DNA of 31,784 nt from an uncultured Candidatus Saccharibacteria bacterium (GTDB taxonomy: Bacteria > Patescibacteriota > Minisyncoccia > 2-02-FULL-40-12 > GWA2-44-9), in the NCBI GenBank assembly GCA_964478355.1, contig CAYZIF010000003.1, positions 1 to 31,784 of the forward strand. Reading direction: 5' to 3'. Under the pieces are notes generated by a model. It was given only the letters and a program-made list of their open reading frames with translations. It was not told the origin of the DNA and did not search any database. Every line of letters begins with the position of its first letter. Within the stretch, counting starts at the first letter, position 1. The translations under genes were made by a program, and so were the position numbers. Of the stretch, positions 1 through 6,989 are shown in pieces.

Positions 1-151
1 CTATCCTGAGCGAGAGGCCGTAGGCCGTGCATGAGGAGGGCTTGGGGAGGCAGGAACGAACAGTGAAGCGTTGTGAGTGACGCTGGAAGGGCGCGAGTGT
101 AGTCACGAGGCCCCTCCAGAAAACTTGTGTGGATAGGCACAGCGATCTCCG

Positions 152-160
152 TGATACAAT
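152..160 (+). promoter_or_regulatory. Extended -10 promoter element of the first glycosyltransferase
   Basis: TG-A-TACAAT at 152-160, 8 nt upstream of ATG 169; no good -35 seen. Confidence 0.5.
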
Positions 161-168
161 GAGAGGAC

Positions 169-1740
169 ATGAAGCGCACTGAACTCGTTGCATTTCTTCT
201 CGTGATGGCAATTGCAATTGCCATGCGACTCTATGGGCTCTCGTGGGCACCTCCCGGTTTGTATCCCGACGAAGCCATGAATGGCAATAATGCGCTAGCG
301 GCCAATCGAACAGGTGACTATCGCCTCTTCTATCCCGACAACAACGGTCGCGAGGGACTCTTCATCAATATCCAAGCGCTGTCGATTCAGGTATTTGGTA
401 ACACCCCCTACGCGCTCCGTGTTGTGTCAGCACTCATGGGTGTTCTGACGGTGCTGGGCACCTACTTGCTCACGCGACGCTTGTTCGATGATTGGCGCAT
501 TGCCGCGATTGCGGCGTTTTTCATGGCGGTAGGGTTTTGGCATGTGAATTTTTCGCGCATTGGTTTTCGCGCCATTATGGCCCCCATGCTAGCCGTGTGG
601 GGCTTCTATTATATGTATAAGGGTATTGAGACCAATCGCCTGTGGAACTGGGCCCTTGCAGGATTGTGGTTTGGGCTCGGATTTCATACCTATATTGCCT
701 ACCGAGTTATCCCTGGAGCTATCGCCTGCACACTTATCGCGCTCTGGCTTTCATTGCACGCGGCGTTTAGTCACGGCAAATACCTCCACGCACGTCAGCA
801 ACAACTGGGGGGCATCGCCCTCATGGTAGGCGTGCTCGTGCTCACTCTCCTTCCGATGGCGGCGTATTTTTACTCCAACCCACTGGATTTCACGGGACGC
901 ACCGCCAAAGTTGCAGTGTGGGCTGGCGAAAATCCTGTTGGTGACCTCGCGCTCAATACCGCCAAGACATTTGGCATGTTCTTTTTCAAGGGAGACAGCA
1001 ACTGGCGCCACAACATCGCAGGAGCGCCCGTACTCTTCTGGCCAGTGGCCGCATTCTTTGCCGTGGGACTACTCCATACAATCTATCGCTTCCTGCACTC
1101 ATGGCGCATGCGCGGTCATCCCGGCGTTGTGCAGACACTTCTCTTGTCGTGGTTCTTAGTGGGACTATTGCCCGCGCTTCTCTCTACCGAGGGTTCGCCT
1201 CACGCACTGCGCGCACTCTTAGTAGCTCCGGTGGTATACATCATGGCCGCCGTTGGCCTCCACTGGCTCTACGTTTCTATGGAGCGTTGGTATGGGCAAG
1301 GTGATCGTCGCAAAATTTGCTTGCCAACACGGCACCTTCCTGGAAGTCTGGGGCATCAAGTCTGCGTAGATCGAAGCGCCTTTGTCGTTTCTCTTGCAGT
1401 GCTCTCGATACTGGTCGCTGTTGGCATCGCAGAAACGAAACGCTACTTTGTGGATTGGGCGCAACACCCTGCAACTGCCGATGAGTTCACCTCACACTAC
1501 ACCAGCGCAGCACAGCGCCTGCTCTCGCTGCCACCCGCAACGCTCAAGTACGTAGTGGTGCGTAAAGGAGATGTTTTGGTCAACGGAGTACCCATGTCGA
1601 GTCAGACGGTTATGTTTTTGACAGACACATGGATGGCAGAGCAACAGCGTGAGAAAAATATTTACTACCTGACCCCTGAGCAATTCCAACGCAAAGAATA
1701 CCCCCGCGGTGCAGTTGTATTAGATTTAGACCCACAATAA
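169..1740 (+). CDS. GT-C fold membrane glycosyltransferase (PMT/ArnT-like, GT39/GT83-type)
   Basis: 523 aa polytopic protein. N-terminal TM is followed by PPGLYPDEAMNG (acidic DE pair in the first external loop), plus NGREGLF, WHVNFSRIGFR and RAL motifs typical of this superfamily. Confidence 0.8.
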   Translation: MKRTELVAFLLVMAIAIAMRLYGLSWAPPGLYPDEAMNGNNALAANRTGDYRLFYPDNNGREGLFINIQALSIQVFGNTPYALRVVSALMGVLTVLGTYLLTRRLFDDWRIAAIAAFFMAVGFWHVNFSRIGFRAIMAPMLAVWGFYYMYKGIETNRLWNWALAGLWFGLGFHTYIAYRVIPGAIACTLIALWLSLHAAFSHGKYLHARQQQLGGIALMVGVLVLTLLPMAAYFYSNPLDFTGRTAKVAVWAGENPVGDLALNTAKTFGMFFFKGDSNWRHNIAGAPVLFWPVAAFFAVGLLHTIYRFLHSWRMRGHPGVVQTLLLSWFLVGLLPALLSTEGSPHALRALLVAPVVYIMAAVGLHWLYVSMERWYGQGDRRKICLPTRHLPGSLGHQVCVDRSAFVVSLAVLSILVAVGIAETKRYFVDWAQHPATADEFTSHYTSAAQRLLSLPPATLKYVVVRKGDVLVNGVPMSSQTVMFLTDTWMAEQQREKNIYYLTPEQFQRKEYPRGAVVLDLDPQ

Positions 1741-1742
1741 TA

Positions 1743-3533
1743 ATGAAATTACCCCAGCGCGTAGAGCTGATTAGTATCGCAGTCGTAGCAATCGCTTCCG
1801 TATTGGCATTCGTAAGCTCAATCAATGATGCCCCTATAGTTGATGAGGTGCCACACATTGGTGCTGGATACTCCTATCTTGCCAAGCAGGATATGCGCCT
1901 GAACCCCGAGCATCCTCCGCTCATCAAAGACTTGGCGGGTATAGCGCTCATGCCGCTGCTGGGATTCTCAAATCCCGCATTTGCAACCAAGCCATGGACC
2001 ACTGACGTGAATGGCCAGTGGCAATTCGGGCGCTCGATTATCTTTGACTCGGCGGCAAATCCCGACCTCATCAAGCTCATCTCGCGTGTTCCGATGCTGT
2101 TGGTGTTTATATTTGCCTGTTGGCTTATGTGGCGCTGGGCCCGTGAGCGCTACGGAGACACTTCTGCGCTCATCGCTACGATTCTATTTGCATTCTCACC
2201 CACGATACTCGCTCATGGAAGATTCGTTACCACTGACATGGGAGCGGCGGCTGGTATTCTTGCGGCAACGTATTGTTTCATTGCGCTCCTGCGCAAACCA
2301 ACCATGCGCGCATTTCTTTTTGCCGCACTGGCACTAGGCTTGGCATTGCTGGCAAAATTCAACACCGTACTCCTCGGGCCATTCTTTATTCTCGTAGCCA
2401 TTCTGTATGGGCTCGATGGTGCGTGGAACAGTAAGAAGGCATGGCTTCGCGCTGGTCGTATGTTTGTTCTCACAGCACTAGTTGGCATCACCGCATTCGT
2501 GGGTGTCGTTGTGCCCTTCTATGCTTTTCATACCTACAACTATCCTCCTGCTCGCCAGCTCGCTGATACCCAAGAGATTCTCGGAAGCTACCCGCCCTCT
2601 ATCCTCAAGACCCTCGTGCTCTGGTCAGCCGACAAGCCTGTCGCACGCGCCGCAGGACAATGGGCGCTCGGCCTGGCCATGGTGCAACAGCGCAGTGCCG
2701 GCGGCAACACCATTTTCTACATGGGTCGCGTCGTTACCGCGGGTGGCCCTGGATATTTCCCGACGGTGTACTTCCTCAAAGAACCTCTGGCGTGGTGGAT
2801 CCTCTTCTCGATGGCGCTGACTGCACTGGCATTTCATCACCGACGTCGCCCCAAAGAACACAAGCGCGGACACTTCTTCACCGACAATTTCGAAGAGTGG
2901 GTGTGGGTGCTGTGGCTCATCATCTATTGGACTATCAGCATACAGAGCACTCTCAACATCGGCGTACGTCATCTCTTGCCTATTTATCCGTTCACCATCT
3001 TGCTGGTGTCCGGACGTATTGGTGTGCTTATCGAATGGCTTCGCGCTCACGACCGTGCGCGACTCCAGTGGTTCTCACTTGCTATCGCGGGCCTCTTGGG
3101 CTGGTACACCTTCGAATCGGTTCGCGTCTGGCCTTCGTACTTGAGCTACTTCAATCAAATCGCAGGAGGACCTTCCGGAGGTCATCGGTTCGTCGCCGAT
3201 AGCAATCTCGACTGGGGCCAAGACATCAAGCGTCTGGGGCAGTGGCTTGAGCGCAATAACATTCAACGACTTTCCATTGATTACTTTGGCTGGTCAGATC
3301 CAACGCACTACCTCGGTCCTCGCTATGTCTACACCACGGGAAGCTACTGGAAGGATGCGCAAGATTTCATAAAAAATAATAAATCCGATGGGTGGATTGC
3401 CATCTCCGCTACATTCTTCCAAGAGGCTACGAATCGCGCCGAACCCGGCAAGAGTACCTATCGCTGGTTGATGGACTACGAACCAACAATTGTTATTGGA
3501 AACTCTATCTTCGTCTGGCACGTCACAAAATAA
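1743..3533 (+). CDS. GT-C fold membrane glycosyltransferase (PMT/ArnT-like)
   Basis: 596 aa polytopic protein with IVDEVPH, LNPEHPPLIK, HGRFVTTD, LLAKF, IGVRHLLP and DSNLDWGQD motifs; starts 2 nt after the upstream stop. Confidence 0.8.
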   Translation: MKLPQRVELISIAVVAIASVLAFVSSINDAPIVDEVPHIGAGYSYLAKQDMRLNPEHPPLIKDLAGIALMPLLGFSNPAFATKPWTTDVNGQWQFGRSIIFDSAANPDLIKLISRVPMLLVFIFACWLMWRWARERYGDTSALIATILFAFSPTILAHGRFVTTDMGAAAGILAATYCFIALLRKPTMRAFLFAALALGLALLAKFNTVLLGPFFILVAILYGLDGAWNSKKAWLRAGRMFVLTALVGITAFVGVVVPFYAFHTYNYPPARQLADTQEILGSYPPSILKTLVLWSADKPVARAAGQWALGLAMVQQRSAGGNTIFYMGRVVTAGGPGYFPTVYFLKEPLAWWILFSMALTALAFHHRRRPKEHKRGHFFTDNFEEWVWVLWLIIYWTISIQSTLNIGVRHLLPIYPFTILLVSGRIGVLIEWLRAHDRARLQWFSLAIAGLLGWYTFESVRVWPSYLSYFNQIAGGPSGGHRFVADSNLDWGQDIKRLGQWLERNNIQRLSIDYFGWSDPTHYLGPRYVYTTGSYWKDAQDFIKNNKSDGWIAISATFFQEATNRAEPGKSTYRWLMDYEPTIVIGNSIFVWHVTK

Positions 3534-3557
3534 AACCGCCCGCAGTGTGCGGACGGT
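3532..3557 (-). terminator. Intrinsic terminator for the convergent minus-strand ORF
   Basis: Minus strand ACCGTCCGCA-CAC-TGCGGGCGGT (10 bp, one G-U) followed by TTT then A. Confidence 0.6.
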
Positions 3558-3564
3558 ACGAGTG

Positions 3565-4095
3565 CTATTCAACGAACGTGACAATCGGACAGACTCTCTC
3601 TTTGGCTGCACGAAGTCGTCCGCTGACGAGCTGATAGATGGAGCTCTTTTTGAGACTTTGGCTCATGTGGTCATTATCAGTAGCACTTGAGAAAAGAAGG
3701 ACTCCTACAAGAATCATCCCAGGAATCACTGCAAGCTTGAATATTTCCAGCAGGAGTGGCCATTTGGCCCACAGCACCCAAGCAACAATCAGCCACCACG
3801 GTTGCAACCGCCACCCTCGCAATGTTGGCCATTTTTTGATGGGAACGAAGCTTTTTCCATAGCTTTCGGATTCTTGAGTAGTTGCGATTCTGTGACTTAA
3901 CAGGAGCCCCACCGCAGAAGCGAGGGTTAAGAGAACCACGCCGACTATCACTCCAATCGGCCATTTAATAAGGAGGCCGAACAGAAACCGCCAGAAAAGT
4001 GGACAAATTGATGTATGAGTTGGAACTCGTGGACCCGTGCCGAGCGGGTTATCATAGGCGACATACGCCACAAAACTATTTTTCTTGAGTTGCAT
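3565..4095 (-). CDS. Hypothetical Trp-rich membrane protein (about 176 aa)
   Basis: Two long hydrophobic regions. The likely start is ATG 4095, preceded by GGAGG at 6 nt; the ORF track starts at TTG 4101. It has its own promoter and terminator. Confidence 0.75.
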   Translation of the reverse strand: MQLKKNSFVAYVAYDNPLGTGPRVPTHTSICPLFWRFLFGLLIKWPIGVIVGVVLLTLASAVGLLLSHRIATTQESESYGKSFVPIKKWPTLRGWRLQPWWLIVAWVLWAKWPLLLEIFKLAVIPGMILVGVLLFSSATDNDHMSQSLKKSSIYQLVSGRLRAAKERVCPIVTFVE

Positions 4096-4124
4096 TGGCA
4101 ACCTCCGCTGTAAAAGAGTATATT

Positions 4125-4153
4125 TTTATACCACAGTTTATAGTATCATGCAA
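4125..4153 (-). promoter_or_regulatory. sigma70-type promoter of the 3565-4095 ORF
   Basis: Minus strand TTGCAT (4153-4148), 17 nt, TATAAA (4130-4125), with TG at the extended -10 position. Confidence 0.6.
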
Positions 4154-4160
4154 TATCTTC

Positions 4161-4193
4161 ACAAAATAAAAGACCTAGAGGTTATCTAGGTCT
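4161..4193 (-). terminator. Strong intrinsic terminator ending the putative ncRNA
   Basis: Perfect 9 bp stem AGACCTAGA-TAACC-TCTAGGTCT followed by TTTATTTTG on the minus strand. Confidence 0.8.
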
Positions 4194-4832
4194 AAGGGTC
4201 CGGAGAGGTGCAAGGAAACGAGAATTCCCTACCCCCTCTCCAGATACGACATGCTACCATCAATCAGTGTGCTTCCCGATGCGGCCGAGGGGAGCGATTC
4301 GCGGTCACACAGTCTCTCGCAATAACCGTGTGCAGGATCCAAGATTCCCACTGGGATTTTGTGTCGCCGTGGCGCCGACACCTCATTGTTCAGCTTGAAC
4401 CCTTACACAAACTCGTACGTACTGCGTATGAACTTATGTAAGGGCCCGGGCGTAGTCGCTGTGACTTGTCGATCGTCACTGGCGGCCTCGCCCGGGCATG
4501 GCATTCTACTTGGGTTTGTTCGGTTAATTTATGTCTGCGCGGTTACCCGATGTGTCGGGTTCCAGAGCTTCCCACGTGTGTGGGTTTGGATCGCCGCAGC
4601 GCGATTGTCCGAGCCTGAGCCCTGGAATCAGCCAATAATCGAGAAACTACCGCTATGCTTTCGCTGCGAGAGCTGTCCTGTCTTCTTCTAGCGCCCCAAA
4701 TGAGTTATTTCATGGGCTGAATGCTGACTTCGATGTCACGGGCCTAGGCCCGAAACGAGAGGATTATTGGCTAATTCCAAGGCTTTTTGCAAAACCCTGG
4801 GTATAGAAAGAACATAAGGTATTGAGCCTTAT
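4165..4832 (-). ncRNA. Putative large (about 670 nt) structured ncRNA of unassigned class
   Basis: Bounded by a near-consensus promoter and a terminator, with no minus-strand ORF of 60 aa or more in the track. It has a 23 bp helix (4762-4784 with 4618-4640), many hairpins, and GNRA loops (GAAA, GCGA) on the minus strand. Confidence 0.7.
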
Positions 4833-4838
4833 AGGAGA

Positions 4839-4867
4839 AGTATAGCAAATTGGTGCTCATTTGTCAA
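4839..4867 (-). promoter_or_regulatory. Near-consensus sigma70 promoter driving the putative ncRNA
   Basis: TTGACA (4867-4862), 17 nt spacer ending TGC, TATACT (4844-4839); predicted start A at about 4832. Confidence 0.8.
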
Positions 4868-4875
4868 TACCTCGC

Positions 4876-5670
4876 CTATTTGTAGTATACCCGCCCAGGA
4901 GTTCGTGCATCGATATATTGGGGTTTCCACGTACTATCGATGGCTCTATCGGCAATAAGGACCGCGAGCGTATCGAGCTGGTCGCCAATATCACCGAGCG
5001 CATCGAGAATCACGTCATACCCCGTACTCACGCGTATCCAGAGATCACCGGGGGCGGTATTGGGAAGCGTCACCATAATAGGACGAAGCCCCATATCCGG
5101 CAGTGCGCCCACTACTGTGATGAGACTGGCAAAAATCCTATCATCCCACGAATCAGCAGGGCGCTCATCTTGCACATAGAGTAAGAGTGGCCCTTTTGAA
5201 GGCACCGCACTTCCCCAGCGAGCGCCTGAAACGTCAAAGTACTGGCACTCGGATTGGAAACACCACGTTCCCATAGGTACCCGCTCACGAGCTGCCACGG
5301 TAAGCGTGTGGGGATAATTTTTGGCGACGTGGACTCCCTCAATATTCTTGAATGTAGTGCGCAATAACTGAGCAACGCCTTCTTCGTTGAGAAGAAGCAT
5401 GTTGCGTGCAGGACGCAGAAAGCCGAGGGTCTTTTTCCCGAGCACATCTTCAACCGCCAAACGAAGTTGGGTATTTACGTTTTCGGATGCGCCACTCACC
5501 TGAATATCGGTTACCGCAAAAGACGCTGACGCAAATAAAAGCCATGTCAGACCTCCTAACACTATGGCAACGACGCTGGTATACCCGACAGCACGAGCGA
5601 TAGATGCACGCTGATGCGCGCGAGCAATAGGGTCAGGCCCCGGTGTTCGATTACGGATAGTGACCGACAT
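4876..5670 (-). CDS. ftsQ: Cell division protein FtsQ/DivIB-like
   Basis: Short cytoplasmic N-terminus, one TM, a POTRA-like segment (FAVTDIQVSG...KNYPHTLTVAARER) and the C-terminal YIDARTPGRVYYK signature. Confidence 0.7.
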   Translation of the reverse strand: MSVTIRNRTPGPDPIARAHQRASIARAVGYTSVVAIVLGGLTWLLFASASFAVTDIQVSGASENVNTQLRLAVEDVLGKKTLGFLRPARNMLLLNEEGVAQLLRTTFKNIEGVHVAKNYPHTLTVAARERVPMGTWCFQSECQYFDVSGARWGSAVPSKGPLLLYVQDERPADSWDDRIFASLITVVGALPDMGLRPIMVTLPNTAPGDLWIRVSTGYDVILDALGDIGDQLDTLAVLIADRAIDSTWKPQYIDARTPGRVYYK

Positions 5671-5675
5671 TGGCG

Positions 5676-6986
5676 TTAACCCTCAATCACATCAACACCG
5701 CCCATGTAGGGACGAAGAGCGTCAGGGACCTCAACAGATCCATCTTCATTCTGATAGTTCTCAAGAATTGCAATGATGATGCGCCCCAATGCAAACGCGG
5801 TACCGTTGAGCATGTGCGTGAACGCTGTAGACTTCTCGCCCGTGCGGTATCGTGCCTTAAGAGCACGCGCCTGATAATCAGTGGTGTTACTGGTCGAACT
5901 GGTTTCTCGATACTCATTCTGGCCTGGCATCCATGTTTCGATATCAAACGTACTCGCAGATGCCGCACCAATATCTCCTGTACTCAATCGCATCACACGA
6001 TAGTGCAAACCCAGCCCCTGCATGAGCGCCTCTTCAGCGGCAAGGATGAGACGGTGCTCGTGGGGGGAATTTTCAGGTGTTGTGACCGTAAACATTTCGA
6101 GCTTATCGAATTGATGCACGCGAAGAATGCCTCGTGTGTCTTTACCTGCGGCGCCTGATTCTCGTCGGAAGCAGGTACTGTATCCCACGTAGCGAAGTGG
6201 TAATTCTTCGGGAGCAGTAATGGTGTCGTAGTGCATGGGTCCAATGGACTGCTCTGACGTTCCCACGAGGTACAATCCATCTTTGTCCAACCAATAGCTC
6301 TCATCGCCTCCTGGAGGCACTCCAGCGCGTTCAGAGAAGCCCATCGCCTTCATCATCTCGGGCTTAATCATAACGGGAGGAATAACTGCCTTAAACGGAG
6401 TTGGCGCAATAGGAAGATTTGCTTTTTCAATCAACTCGGCGACAAACCCCTTACTGGTGAGCCGCGAGATTGCATATTGCACCAGCGCGAATTGCAAGAG
6501 CGCGGCACCGCCTTTGAGGTAGCCGAAACGACTTCCGCTCACAACGGCAGCCATTTCAGTATCGATAAGGCCTCGTGCTGGAGCAAAATCCATGTAGTGT
6601 CTAGGTGTGAAATCAAATTTCCGAGGTTCGCCAAAGCGAGCAACCTCTACATTCTGCTCGTCGCTGGCACCTACGGGCGTGTCTTCGAGGGGAATGTTAG
6701 GCAACGGCGCAACAGCATCGAGTACGCGCTGACCCAGTTCATCGACATGCGTGCGAAGCACCGCAATCTTTTCTTTGAGCGCTTTAAGCTCGCTGATACG
6801 TTCGGGCTCCATTGGACCTTTGCTGGCACTGTTTTGCTGCGCCTGTGCTTCTTCGAGCTCTTGGAGTGCTGCGCGATGCTCTTGATCGAGCTTTACGATA
6901 GCTTCCACATCAACCTCAAGCCCTCGCGACTTCATGGCTCGAGCTACTGCGTCTGCATCGGTTCGAAAAAGTTTGATATCGAGCAT
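5676..6986 (-). CDS. serS: Serine--tRNA ligase
   Basis: MLDIKLFR start, N-terminal coiled coil, GTSEQ, motif 2 FRRESGAAGKDTRGILRVHQFDK, motif 3 HMLNGTAFALGR. Confidence 0.97.
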   Translation of the reverse strand: MLDIKLFRTDADAVARAMKSRGLEVDVEAIVKLDQEHRAALQELEEAQAQQNSASKGPMEPERISELKALKEKIAVLRTHVDELGQRVLDAVAPLPNIPLEDTPVGASDEQNVEVARFGEPRKFDFTPRHYMDFAPARGLIDTEMAAVVSGSRFGYLKGGAALLQFALVQYAISRLTSKGFVAELIEKANLPIAPTPFKAVIPPVMIKPEMMKAMGFSERAGVPPGGDESYWLDKDGLYLVGTSEQSIGPMHYDTITAPEELPLRYVGYSTCFRRESGAAGKDTRGILRVHQFDKLEMFTVTTPENSPHEHRLILAAEEALMQGLGLHYRVMRLSTGDIGAASASTFDIETWMPGQNEYRETSSTSNTTDYQARALKARYRTGEKSTAFTHMLNGTAFALGRIIIAILENYQNEDGSVEVPDALRPYMGGVDVIEG

Positions 6987-6989
6987 GGG

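Noticed and set aside
4196-4320. Resemblance to group II intron domains V-VI (GAGAGACUGUGUGA...GCAUGUCGUAUCUGGAGAGGGG)
   Set aside because: In the D5 register only about 5 of 9 lower-stem pairs form and the triad would be GAC, not AGC/CGC. The same bases form a better GCGA-tetraloop hairpin. No GUGYG 5' end, RT ORF or interrupted host gene is present. A degenerate intron ancestry is not excluded.
4208-4691. Plus-strand ORFs 4208-4441 and 4359-4691
   Set aside because: Short, no family features, non-ATG starts without RBS, and antisense to a promoter-terminator unit.
4195-4710. tmRNA (including permuted) interpretation: GGGGCGC...GACAGG near 4697-4677, a UUAACC|GAA resume-like context near 4525, and UCGCUCC able to give a G3-U70-like pair
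   Set aside because: No T-arm with a TTCRANT loop before the putative acceptor strand, no A73-CCA, no GGxTTCGAC D-loop motif, and the would-be tag frame runs about 43 codons ending KGSS. An ARAGORN or tmRNA covariance-model run would settle it.
4165-4832. RNase P RNA, 6S RNA, SRP RNA, group I intron or T-box as the identity of the structured region
   Set aside because: No GAGGAAAGUCC or CCCGGCUUA P4 strands. The 167 nt domain closed by the 23 bp helix is multibranched rather than a 6S rod with a central bubble. No SRP GNRA-GCAG core, group I P7 pair or T-box bulge was found by eye.
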